Origin: an uncultured delta proteobacterium
Lineage (GTDB): Bacteria; Desulfobacterota; Binatia; UBA9968
Direction: 5' to 3'
DNA length: 64,000 bases
Assembly (NCBI GenBank): GCA_963804165.1
Contig: CAWDPO010000017.1
Location: 320,001 to 384,000 of the forward strand
This document shows positions 10,359-19,607 of this stretch, in pieces. A model generated the notes under the pieces. That model made no database searches and was not told the DNA's origin. It worked only from the letters and a program-made list of their open reading frames with translations. Made by a program: the position numbers and the translations under genes. Positions within the stretch are counted from its first letter, which is position 1; every line of letters starts with the position of its first letter.

Positions 10359-11450
10359 TCACTCCACCAAGACTTTTTTCACCCGCTCGACGACATCGCG
10401 CGGCTGATTCATCAGCTCTTTCATTAACCCTTGGAGTTCTTCGCCCGGGGTATGTTCCATGTCCATTTGACCCTTTTTTGCTTCTTCAATCAGGCCCGGG
10501 TCGCGCATCGCCTTGGCGTAGGCATCGCGCAACAACTTGACTCGATCCGGTGGGTTTCCGGGTCCGGCGACCATCGGCCGGCCAAATTCCCCGCTCGCCA
10601 TAATAATCCGCGCCACGCCGCGCATCACTTCGGGAGATTTGTATTGATCCATCAGCTCGAACAGCGTCGGCGCATCGCCCATGCGCGGATCACGCTTGGG
10701 TCCGCCTTGAAGAATATGGCGGTCGAAGCCTTTCTTGTGCCAACTGTCGAACGGCTCCCGGCCAAAATGCGGCGGGATGTCCATGCCGCGGCAAATGATC
10801 TCGCCGCGCTCGACGGCGACATCGATTTCAGAGCCGCCTTGATATCCGCTCACGGTGTTGAGTTTCGCCTTGAAAGCCTCGTCCATGATTTTGGCGAGCA
10901 AGTAACCGGTGCTCGCGGTGCCCGTCGAGCCGCACTTCGGCGGTTCTTTCGCTTGAATAATATCGCTGACGTTCTTGAACGGACTATCGGCGCGAAAATA
11001 AAGCATGGTCGGCGCTTTTTCCTGGGTGCCGATAAATTCAAATTTGCGCATGTCGAACTTGACTTCCCTGCGCCCGACGATTTGATCTAAATAGAGACTG
11101 TTGATCGGCACGAGCAGCGTCAGCCCATCTGCCTTAGCCAGATTGTAGACGTAGTTGGCGGCGATCACCGAGCTGGCGCCGGGCATATTTTGCACGACGA
11201 AATTGGGATTGCCGGGAATGTGTTTCGGCATGTAGCGCGACAGCAAGCGCGCCCAACGGTCGTAAAAGCCGCCGGGGGTGAAGCCGACGATGATGCGAAC
11301 GGTCTTGCCTTGGTAAAAATTCGCTTGCGCGAATGTTTGTTCAACGTTCAAAGGGTTCAAGAGTTCAAGGACAGAGAAAATTAGGACTCCGACAACCTTG
11401 AACGTTTGAACTTTTGAACCTTTGAACCGATTTTTCGAGAGATTGTTCAT
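10359..11450 (-). CDS. tctC: TctC/Bug-family substrate-binding protein
   Basis: TctC motifs; repeat-encoded leader; GAGGT RBS. Confidence 0.92.
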   Translation of the reverse strand: MNNLSKNRFKGSKVQTFKVVGVLIFSVLELLNPLNVEQTFAQANFYQGKTVRIIVGFTPGGFYDRWARLLSRYMPKHIPGNPNFVVQNMPGASSVIAANYVYNLAKADGLTLLVPINSLYLDQIVGRREVKFDMRKFEFIGTQEKAPTMLYFRADSPFKNVSDIIQAKEPPKCGSTGTASTGYLLAKIMDEAFKAKLNTVSGYQGGSEIDVAVERGEIICRGMDIPPHFGREPFDSWHKKGFDRHILQGGPKRDPRMGDAPTLFELMDQYKSPEVMRGVARIIMASGEFGRPMVAGPGNPPDRVKLLRDAYAKAMRDPGLIEEAKKGQMDMEHTPGEELQGLMKELMNQPRDVVERVKKVLVE

Positions 11451-11458
11451 GACTTACC

Positions 11459-12526
11459 TCAGTCGGCAAGAATTTTTTTGACGAGATCGACGACCTCGCG
11501 CGGCTGGTTCAAAAGCCCTTTCATCTGCGCTTGGAGCTCTTCGCCGGGGGTGTGGACCAGGTCCATCTGGCCTTTTTTCGCCTCGTCGATCAAGCCTGGG
11601 TCGCGCATCGCTTTCCCGTAGGCATCGCGCAGCGCTTTGATTCGATCCGGCGGCACTCCCGGCCCAGCCATCATCGGACGGCCAAACTCGCCGCTGGCTA
11701 GCACGATACGGGTAAGATCGCGCATGACCGCGGGTGATTTGTACTGGTCCAATAATTCGAAAAGCGTTGGGACCTCCGCCAGGCGCGGATCACGCTTCGG
11801 TCCGCCTTGGAAAATATGCCGGTCAAAGCCTTTTTTATGCCAGCCGTCGAAGGGCTCGCGGCCAAAGTGCGGCGGCACATCCATCTCGCGGCATACCAGT
11901 TCGCCGCGCTCGACGGCGAGGTCGATCTCGCTGCCGCCCGGGTATCCGGTCACGCTGATGGTCTTTGCATTGAATGCCTCGATCAAAAGCTTCGAGACGA
12001 TATACGCGGTACTCGCGGTGCCCGTGGAACCGCATTTCGGCGGCTCTTTCGCCTGAATGATATCGCCGAGAGACTTGATCGGACTGTCGGCGCGAAAATA
12101 CATCATGGTCGGCGTCTTTTCCTGACTGCCGATATACTCAAACTTGCGCATGTCGTACTTCACTTCGCGCCGGCCGACGATCTGATCGAGGTGCAAGCTG
12201 TTGATGGGCATGAGCAGCGTCAGGCCGTCACTCTTGGCGACGTTGTAAACGTAGTTGGTGGCAACGACCGAGCTCGCGCCGGGCATGTTCTGGACGACGA
12301 AACTGGGATTGCCCGGAACATATTGCGGAATGTAACGGGAAAGCAGCCGAGCCCAGCGATCGTAAAAGCCGCCGGGCGTGGTGCCGACGATGATACGCAC
12401 CGTCTTGCCGCTGTAAAACGGCTCGACCTGAGCATGACCGCTTCGGCTAAGGCTGAGCGCGATTACTACGCAAGCGACTGCGAATCCGAGAGAGCCGCTT
12501 AACCTTGCGAGGTTTCGTGCCTTCAT
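11459..12526 (-). CDS. tctC: TctC/Bug-family substrate-binding protein
   Basis: Start reassigned to ATG 12526 (AAGGAGG RBS; MKARNLARL...SGHA-Q); TctC motifs. Confidence 0.9.
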   Translation of the reverse strand: MKARNLARLSGSLGFAVACVVIALSLSRSGHAQVEPFYSGKTVRIIVGTTPGGFYDRWARLLSRYIPQYVPGNPSFVVQNMPGASSVVATNYVYNVAKSDGLTLLMPINSLHLDQIVGRREVKYDMRKFEYIGSQEKTPTMMYFRADSPIKSLGDIIQAKEPPKCGSTGTASTAYIVSKLLIEAFNAKTISVTGYPGGSEIDLAVERGELVCREMDVPPHFGREPFDGWHKKGFDRHIFQGGPKRDPRLAEVPTLFELLDQYKSPAVMRDLTRIVLASGEFGRPMMAGPGVPPDRIKALRDAYGKAMRDPGLIDEAKKGQMDLVHTPGEELQAQMKGLLNQPREVVDLVKKILAD

Positions 12527-12659
12527 CGCAGGCCCCTCCTTGAGACCGATTGTCAGACTACGGGTTCGACAGTCTAGATCCTTTCCCGCAGACGAATGGG
12601 CGATTCGGCCGAGATACTGGGCAGTGGCTAATTTTTGCGGTGGGCCGAAAGGAAACGAA

Positions 12660-13160
12660 CTATGCGCCCAAACCAAGCCACGTAATGATCAATCCTTCCG
12701 GGAACGGTAGGGTCAGCAACTTGACAAATAGACCATAAAAAAAGAGCCACGCGATGACGGTCAGCGTGATCGATAAGACCCACGGCTCGCCGCCCTGGAA
12801 CCTGAAGTAGGCGAACATCATTAGTGGGATTGCGATGGGAAAGCCCAACAGCCAAATCGAAAAAAAGAAACCTAACAGCCATGAAAACATGATGATTGCT
12901 CTTTTCTTGGCGGTTACCGGGTCAACGTCCTTGGTAAACTGAAAATCCATCGGAGTTGGAGGAGCTCCGTCGTCCGACTGTTTGGCCTTGACGCCTTTCA
13001 AGTCCAGGATGACTTGAATCCCTGCGAAAATCACCATCGGAATACCGATGACCCAGGGATAGAGTCGCGCCTGGGGACGCCATTCGTAAGCCATATAAAC
13101 AAACACGCAAAAAAATATGAAAGCACAAAAGCTAAATATAGCCGCGGGTCTGATCTTCAA
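12660..13160 (-). CDS. tctB: TctB-family small membrane subunit of tripartite tricarboxylate transporter
   Basis: About 165 aa with 4-5 TM segments, ARLYP..IG, LLGF and FVKLLTLPFPEG ends; probable TTG start after AAGGAG; heads the tctC array. Confidence 0.85.
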   Translation of the reverse strand: MKIRPAAIFSFCAFIFFCVFVYMAYEWRPQARLYPWVIGIPMVIFAGIQVILDLKGVKAKQSDDGAPPTPMDFQFTKDVDPVTAKKRAIIMFSWLLGFFFSIWLLGFPIAIPLMMFAYFRFQGGEPWVLSITLTVIAWLFFYGLFVKLLTLPFPEGLIITWLGLGA

Positions 13161-13466
13161 CGCAAACTCCTTCCGAAATAATTCTGACAATGTGAAACGG
13201 CCAAGCCCTTTGGCGCAGCGGAATCTAACAGAGTTCTCGACCTTCGTCCATCGCTGCTGGTCATCGTAAACGCATTAAAATTACGCGGCCTATCCCTGCT
13301 ACAATCCCGACTTGCGCCTCTCGCTTAGCACAGAGACGAGCGATGGGTCAATGACCGGTTGCTCTTTCGTTGACGACGCGAGGTATGATAAATGGACTTG
13401 AATTACCCGTGAAATATTGACCCGCGATCGACGAGTTGCATCGCGCACAAAAGGAACTACTCGACC

Positions 13467-14663
13467 ATGGAGTTTCGCCTTTCCCCGGAAGAAGAAAATC
13501 TCCGCAAGTCCGTCCAGGAATTTGTCCGTGATGAGCTTATTCCCTTGGAGCCGGAATTTGCCAATGCTCCGGACATTTTTGAAGGCAGCCGCTGGAAAAG
13601 CCGGGTCAAATCGAGTCAGGATCCCGAAATCCAGCGCTATGTCGGGATCATGGAAGGACTCGAGAAAAACGCCGAAGCCAAAGGACTGTGGCATCTCGAC
13701 GTGTCGAAGGCGTACGGCGGCATGGAGGTGAGCAACGTCGCGCTGATCGCTGTCACCGAGGAGCTCGAGAAAAGCTCGATTCCCTTCGAACTCGGCAATC
13801 ATGTCTCGAATATCCTTTATAGCTGCAAAGGCGATCAAATCGACAAATATTTATGGCCGTGCATTCGCGGCGAGAAGACGTCGGCCTTCGGTTTGAGCGA
13901 GCCCGCCTCCGGGGCGGACCCGTCGATGATGCAAACCACGGCGACGCCCGACGGCGATTATTTCATGATTAACGGCACGAAGATGTTTCCGACATTCGCC
14001 GATGTCGCCGACTTCGTGCAGCTCTTCGCGCGCCTGCCGGGAACCACAGGACGCGAGGGCGTCACCTGTTTTCTGATCGATACCGGCACGCCGGGCTACC
14101 GAGTAGTGCGCAGTATCGCGACGATCGGCGGCACGGAGCCTTGCGAGCTAGTGTTCGAAGATTGCCGGGTTCACAAATCGCAGGTATTGGGCGAAGCCGG
14201 CAACGGCTGGGCGCTTAACCAAGCCTGGCTTGGAGCGAGACGATTTCAGGTCGGCATCCGCGCCCACGGCAAGTCTCAGCGCGTGCTGCGCGTCGTGCGT
14301 GAATTGTTACGGCATGAGCCGAAAGACGCCGATCAATATGCCGCTAGAGTCGGCTACTTTCTCGGCGAGATCGAGGCGCTGCGGACGCTGACCTATCTCG
14401 GCGCGTGGAAGGCCGATCAAAAAATGGATGTCCGCTCCGAAGCGGCTAATGTGAAACTTTTTGCCACGGAGCTCTTGCATCGGGTCACGGACTTCGCCCT
14501 CGAAGTCGCCGGACCGCCGGGTCTGCGCAAGAACCACGTGCTCGCGCAAACGTTTCGTCATGCGCGGGCGACGAGAATCGTCGAAGGCCCGTCGGAAATC
14601 CAACGACATATCATCCAGCGCGCGTTGTTTCGCGAAGGGATCGCTTCATTGGAATTGCTGTAG
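13467..14663 (+). CDS. acyl-CoA dehydrogenase
   Basis: AFGLSEPASGAD, INGTKMF, KLFATE and RIVEGPSEIQRHII motifs. Confidence 0.92.
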   Translation: MEFRLSPEEENLRKSVQEFVRDELIPLEPEFANAPDIFEGSRWKSRVKSSQDPEIQRYVGIMEGLEKNAEAKGLWHLDVSKAYGGMEVSNVALIAVTEELEKSSIPFELGNHVSNILYSCKGDQIDKYLWPCIRGEKTSAFGLSEPASGADPSMMQTTATPDGDYFMINGTKMFPTFADVADFVQLFARLPGTTGREGVTCFLIDTGTPGYRVVRSIATIGGTEPCELVFEDCRVHKSQVLGEAGNGWALNQAWLGARRFQVGIRAHGKSQRVLRVVRELLRHEPKDADQYAARVGYFLGEIEALRTLTYLGAWKADQKMDVRSEAANVKLFATELLHRVTDFALEVAGPPGLRKNHVLAQTFRHARATRIVEGPSEIQRHIIQRALFREGIASLELL

Positions 14664-14687
14664 GGACGCAGCATGCTGCGCCCCTAC
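14660..14687. repeat. GTAG-type REP palindrome overlapping the ACAD stop codon
   Basis: gtagggacgcagcatgctgcgcccctac; one mismatch from the copy at 15848. Confidence 0.8.
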
Positions 14688-14723
14688 AAAAAAGGGTCGA
14701 TGGCGAATCGTTAGCGATAATTT

Positions 14724-15845
14724 ATGGATCTCAAACTCACAGAAGAAGAAAAGCTGATTAAGGACACGGCGGCGAGGTTCGTGGACACGGAGTTGATCGC
14801 GCGGGAAGGAGCCTACTTGAAACAGCCCGCGCCGTTTTTGCCGCCGGGCGCACCGGCAAAGCGTGAGCTCAGTCCTGATCTACGCGACGAACTGACCGCG
14901 CGGGCGAAGCAGATCGGTCTCTGGACGCTGGAGCTGCCGGAAGTTTTTGGCGGCACATCGATGAGCGCCGTCGCTCGGGTGTTGATTCATCGCGAGTTCG
15001 GTCGCTCCGTGTTGCCGTTTCGACCGATAACGATTCCTGGATTCATGTTCGAAACCAGCTACGGTGAAGGCCTCGCCCAGGGCACGGTTTCCATGGCGCT
15101 GGGTTTTGAAGAAGCGCATAAGACCGGCGAACTGAGCCGGCTGCAAGTGCTTTACCGCCAGGAGCCCGACGGCTCGATCTTGCGCGATTCGTCAATCTAT
15201 ATTGCCAATTCCCACGTCGATCTGTTCCTGTTTCCCGCGCGGGAGCAGGGGACGCAGCGCTTGGGACTTTTTGTCATTGAACGCGACATGCCTGGGATTA
15301 CCCTTACGGATCAAGTCGACTTGACCACGGATGCGGCGGTGTCGCGGCTGGTGCTCGCGCACTGTAAAATTCCCAACGAGCAACTCCTCGGATACGAATA
15401 CGAGGCGGGGGAGATCATTGCCGGCGAACAATTGAGCATTGCCGCGCGTGCATTGGGCATCGCGACACGCTGCCTGGCGAGCTCCATTGAGCACGCGCGC
15501 AACCGCGTCACGTTCGGCCGCCGGCTGGCCGAGCGCCAGGCCATCCAATGGATGCTCGCGGACTTGTCGATCGAGATCAGAACATGCACTTGGCTCACGC
15601 TCGAAGCCGCATGGCGCTGTGATCAGGAACTGACTTATTTCGAAGAAGCCGCGTTGGCGAAAAAACGCGCGGCAAAGATGGCTTTTCAAGCCGCCGATAC
15701 CGCGATCCAGATCCACGGCGGGTATGGCGTGTGCAGAGATTTACCGTTCGAAGGCTTTTATCGCGAGGCGCGCCTCATGCGCTTGTTGTACGGGCGGGAA
15801 GAAGAGTTGGATCGAGCGGCGGGAGAGAAATTTTTGAGGCAATAG
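14724..15845 (+). CDS. acyl-CoA dehydrogenase family protein, degenerate (possible non-catalytic subunit)
   Basis: C-terminal RVTFGRRLAERQAIQWMLAD and AIQIHGGYG present; N-terminal SEP motif and C-terminal EG motif eroded. Confidence 0.85.
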   Translation: MDLKLTEEEKLIKDTAARFVDTELIAREGAYLKQPAPFLPPGAPAKRELSPDLRDELTARAKQIGLWTLELPEVFGGTSMSAVARVLIHREFGRSVLPFRPITIPGFMFETSYGEGLAQGTVSMALGFEEAHKTGELSRLQVLYRQEPDGSILRDSSIYIANSHVDLFLFPAREQGTQRLGLFVIERDMPGITLTDQVDLTTDAAVSRLVLAHCKIPNEQLLGYEYEAGEIIAGEQLSIAARALGIATRCLASSIEHARNRVTFGRRLAERQAIQWMLADLSIEIRTCTWLTLEAAWRCDQELTYFEEAALAKKRAAKMAFQAADTAIQIHGGYGVCRDLPFEGFYREARLMRLLYGREEELDRAAGEKFLRQ

Positions 15846-15847
15846 GT

Positions 15848-15875
15848 GTAGGGGCGCAGCATGCTGCGCCCCTAC
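15848..15875. repeat. GTAG-type REP, perfect 28-bp palindrome
   Basis: gtaggggcgcagcatgctgcgcccctac is its own reverse complement. Confidence 0.85.
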
Positions 15876-15921
15876 AACGACAATTTGTCGCCTATTGCTT
15901 GCGACTGAAAGGGGGGCTGCA

Positions 15922-17073
15922 ATGCGCAGGAAAAAAGTTTGTTTCGTGGGTTACGGTTCGACGGAATATTCGCGAAAGTCCGAAGCGTCGGCGCTTTCTT
16001 ACTATGCTGATGCAATCCGCGACGCGCTCAGGCAGACGGGGCTCGACAAAAAAGAAATTCGCGGATTCTCGATTACCACACAAGCGAGTCCCGATTACTC
16101 GCCGCACGTGGCGGAGCAGTTGGGTTTGGAAGTCGATTGGGTATTGAACGGCGACTACGGCGGCGCCGGCGGCGTGATGAGCGTCAGACGAGCGGCGGAC
16201 GCGATCGAATGCGGTCACCTCGATTTGGCGGTCCTAGTCGGCGGCAATTCCTTCGATCGCAGCACGCCGACGCAACGCCAGCTGGAGTATCAGCGCGGCA
16301 ACTTCGTCGACGTCTTTGGCTACGGCGGGCCGAATTCGCTGATGGCGCTGATTCAAAGACTGCACATGGCGCAGTATGAAACGACCCTCGAGCAGATCGG
16401 CAAGATCGCCATTGCCCAACGCTTCAACGCCATCAATAATCCACAAGCGCTGTTTCGTGAGCCGATGTCGATGGATGATTACCTCAACTCGCGGATGATT
16501 TCCGATCCGATTCGCCTGTTCGATTGCGTGATGCCGTGCTCCGGCGCGGAGTGCGTGCTTCTGGCCTCGGAAGAGAAGGCAAAGAAGATTACCGACAAGC
16601 TGGTGTATTTGGTGACGGACGCCGAGATCTCGCACTATCAGGTGGCGAACATGCTGCCCGACAAAACGACCTTCGGCCAGAAAGTCGTCGGCGAAAGAAT
16701 TTTCTCGGAGGTCAAGCGCGAAGACATCGATTTGCTGGAAATCTACGACGACTACCCGATCGCGGTGATGATTCAGATCGAGGACTTAGGCTTTTGCAAA
16801 AAAGGCGACGGCGGCAAATTTGTCGACGCCCATGATCTCACCTACAAAGGCGATTTTCCCGTGAACACGGGCGGCGGCGAATTGTCCGTCGGCCAAGCTG
16901 GACTTGCCGGAGGATTTCTCCATATCGTCGAGGCCCTGCGGCAGCTCCGCGGTGAAGCGGAAGGACATCAAGTGCGAAAAGCCGAGCGCGCTTTGGTCAC
17001 CGGGATCGGTTGGCTCAACTACGGGCGCAATCTCGGCACGACCGCCGCGCTGGTCATGGAAAGGAGAAAATGA
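15922..17073 (+). CDS. thiolase-superfamily protein (SCP2/Ltp2-like, lacks catalytic Cys)
   Basis: YLNSRMISDPIRLFDC, EIYDDY, PVNTGGGELS and VEALRQLRGEA motifs; GGAGG where classical thiolases have CASG. Confidence 0.88.
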   Translation: MRRKKVCFVGYGSTEYSRKSEASALSYYADAIRDALRQTGLDKKEIRGFSITTQASPDYSPHVAEQLGLEVDWVLNGDYGGAGGVMSVRRAADAIECGHLDLAVLVGGNSFDRSTPTQRQLEYQRGNFVDVFGYGGPNSLMALIQRLHMAQYETTLEQIGKIAIAQRFNAINNPQALFREPMSMDDYLNSRMISDPIRLFDCVMPCSGAECVLLASEEKAKKITDKLVYLVTDAEISHYQVANMLPDKTTFGQKVVGERIFSEVKREDIDLLEIYDDYPIAVMIQIEDLGFCKKGDGGKFVDAHDLTYKGDFPVNTGGGELSVGQAGLAGGFLHIVEALRQLRGEAEGHQVRKAERALVTGIGWLNYGRNLGTTAALVMERRK

Positions 17074-17489
17074 TGGCCGAAGCAAGAGCACCGCAAAAAA
17101 GTTTGCCCAAGGTAAACAAAGTCGATCAACCGTTTTGGGAGGGCGCGGCCGGCGGGAAATTCTTGCTGCAGAAATGCAAAAGCTGCGGCAAAGTGCAATT
17201 CTTTCCGCGCGTCGCCTGCGTCGACTGTTTCGGCGAGCTCGATTGGATCGAGTCCAAAGGCACCGGCAAGGTTCACACCTTTACTCTGGTCCGCGTTCCG
17301 CGCAATCCGGCATTCAAAGACGAAACGCCGATTTACTATATCAATGTGATTTTGGACGAAGGCGTGATCATGGAGAGCAGGTTGGTGGGGGACAGCAGAG
17401 AAAAAGTAAAGATGGGCGACCGCGTCAAAGTGGTTTTTCAAGAGACGCACGATCCGGGGATCAAACTGCCGTGCTTCGAGTTGGCCTAA
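17070..17489 (+). CDS. DUF35-family Zn-ribbon/OB-fold protein
   Basis: PFWEG, CKSCG..FFPRVACVDC, GTGKVHTFT; start overlaps the thiolase stop (ATGA). Confidence 0.9.
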   Translation: MMAEARAPQKSLPKVNKVDQPFWEGAAGGKFLLQKCKSCGKVQFFPRVACVDCFGELDWIESKGTGKVHTFTLVRVPRNPAFKDETPIYYINVILDEGVIMESRLVGDSREKVKMGDRVKVVFQETHDPGIKLPCFELA

Positions 17490-17492
17490 GAC

Positions 17493-17600
17493 ATTTTGGA
17501 TTTGAGATTTTGGATTGAAGACAGGAGAATACGATGATGTCAATGCGCGCAATGAATTTCTTGTCCGATAATCCAAAATCTAAAATCCAAAATCCAAAAT
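17493..17600. repeat. heptamer-based (TTTGGAT/ATCCAAA) inverted-repeat element
   Basis: Left arm attttggatttgagattttggatt, right arm aatccaaaatctaaaatccaaaatccaaaat; second copy at 19608-19716. Confidence 0.8.
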
Positions 17601-18594
17601 CAAGTTCGCTAGTTGTGGCGACCGTCATTGCATTCTTGCGTGAGCTGTTTGATCGGCTTCAAACGCCTTCGCCCAAGCCAAACCTCTCCGCGAGATTAAG
17701 GTTGGCTACCCATTGGGCGGTTCGTCCAGTTATTTCTGGGTTGCGTACCGCTCGGGTTCATTCGAAAAGCACGGCTTGAAGCTCGAACCGATTTACATCA
17801 GGGGCGGGCTTATGGGAATCCAAGCGGCTCTTTCCGGCGACCTGCCTTTGCAGTTGCAAGGGGCGTCTACGGTGGTGGCCGCGTGGGCGCAGGGCGCCAA
17901 GGAGTTTCAATTTATCGGCGCAGTCGGCAATCGGCTGGACTACATTCTGGCGGCGCATCCTTCGATCAAGAGACCCGAGGATCTCAAGGGGAAGCGAATC
18001 GGAGTCAGCCAACTCGGTTCGAGCACGGATTTCATCGCCCGGGTGGCCGTTCGACGGCTTGGGCTCAATCCCGAGAAGGACGTGCAGATCGTCGGCATTG
18101 GCGGCCAGGGAGACCGTTGGACCGCACTCACGGCCGGACAGGTTCAAGCCAGCGTGTTTCAATCTCCGTTCACCTTAAAGGCGCGCAAAGCGGGTTACCC
18201 TACGTTTATCGATTTTTCCAAGGAGGATTTCGAGTACACGGTTGCTGGACCGGTGACTATGCGCTCCTTCATCCGGACCGACAGAGACACTGTCATGAAC
18301 TTCATGCGCGGGTTGGCCGACGGCATGGATTTCTATCGCGACGAGAAAAATAAAGACCGCGTGCTGAAATTTCTAGGTGAATATTACCGTTCCAACAACA
18401 CCGAAGAATTGGATGAAACCCGCCGGACTTACACTCAGGTGACACCGGGATTGCCCTTGATTTCAGTCAAAGCACTGGAGAACGTGATCGCCAACGATAA
18501 GAATCTCAGCGGGATGAAATTGAATGCCAGTGAGTTGTTGGACTTATCTTTCCTTGAACAGTTGGCGCAGGAAAGAAAGGCGAAGGGACGCTAA
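17534..18594 (+). CDS. ABC transporter substrate-binding protein, NMT1/THI5/SsuA-like (one frameshift near 17640)
   Basis: Leader in one frame joins SNAFAQAKPLREIKVGYPLGGSS in the other; DLKGKRIGVSQLGSSTDF and GLNPEKDVQIV motifs. Confidence 0.82.
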
Positions 18595-18810
18595 TAAATT
18601 AACTCGGTCAAACCGTTCAAAAAGTTCAAGCCGTTCAAATCGTTCACCCCTCACCTTCCTTTCGACGCGGCCGGACCTTTCTCTCCCCCGCGACGCGGGG
18701 GAGATTCAAAGAGAGGGCTTGAACCCTTCGCAGCTCTCAGGGCAGGCTCCGCGAAGCGATTGAACAGCTTGAACGTCTGGAACTTAGGGGCCAAGAAAGA
18801 GGTAGGAGCA

Positions 18811-19605
18811 ATGGATTACCAGACAATTCTGTTCGACGTGCGTGATCAGATCGCTTTTGTCACCTTCAACCGGCCGGAGTCGATGAACGCCGTGAACCGG
18901 CAGATGGCAAAGGATCTGGTCGAAGCGTGCCGGCAGATCGAAGACGACAGCGCGATTCGCATCGCGATTTTTACCGGCGCAGGCGAAAAAGCTTTTTCCG
19001 CCGGCATGGATCTGAAAGAGCGATCGGAAACGGCGTCCTCGCCGATCGAGCGGCGCGCGCAGAAACTGTCGGCGACGATCCATACCCAGAGTCGCGCTGT
19101 GGCGGCGATCACCAAACCGACGATCGCCTCGATCCGCGGTTACTGTGTCGGCGGCGGGTTGGAATTCGCCCTGGCATGCGACATGCGCGTCGCCGCCGAA
19201 GACGCCAAGTTGGGACTTGCCGAGGTAAAGCGCGGCTTGATTCCCGGAGCCGGGGGCACGCAAAGATTGTCGCGCACGGTGGGCGTAGCGAAAGCGTTGG
19301 AGATTTGCCTCACCGGCGACAACGTCAGCGGCAGCGAAGCGCTGCGTTTGGGATTGGCTAACATCGTCGTGCCGGCCAACGACGTCATGAAAGCAGCGGA
19401 GGATTTGGCCAACCGCATTCTCAAGGGCGCGCCGATGTCGGTGCTGTTCATTAAAGAAGCGATCAAAAAAGGTATCGAGCTGTCGCTGGACGAGGGCTTT
19501 CGCCTTGAGTCCGATCTATCGGCGTTGATTGGCACCACGGAAGACAGCAAGGAAGGACCGCGCGCCTTCGCGGAAAAACGCGCGCCGGTGTGGAAGGGGA
19601 AGTAA
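18811..19605 (+). CDS. enoyl-CoA hydratase/isomerase
   Basis: FNRPESMNAVN, AFSAGMDL, GGGLEFALACD, LAEVKRGLIPGAGGTQRL; AGGAG RBS. Confidence 0.93.
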   Translation: MDYQTILFDVRDQIAFVTFNRPESMNAVNRQMAKDLVEACRQIEDDSAIRIAIFTGAGEKAFSAGMDLKERSETASSPIERRAQKLSATIHTQSRAVAAITKPTIASIRGYCVGGGLEFALACDMRVAAEDAKLGLAEVKRGLIPGAGGTQRLSRTVGVAKALEICLTGDNVSGSEALRLGLANIVVPANDVMKAAEDLANRILKGAPMSVLFIKEAIKKGIELSLDEGFRLESDLSALIGTTEDSKEGPRAFAEKRAPVWKGK

Positions 19606-19607
19606 GA

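Noticed and set aside
1-12526. TctC array as a diversity-generating retroelement or invertase-driven shufflon
   Set aside because: There is no reverse transcriptase, recombinase or template/variable repeat pair in the window, and all copies are full-length and co-oriented.
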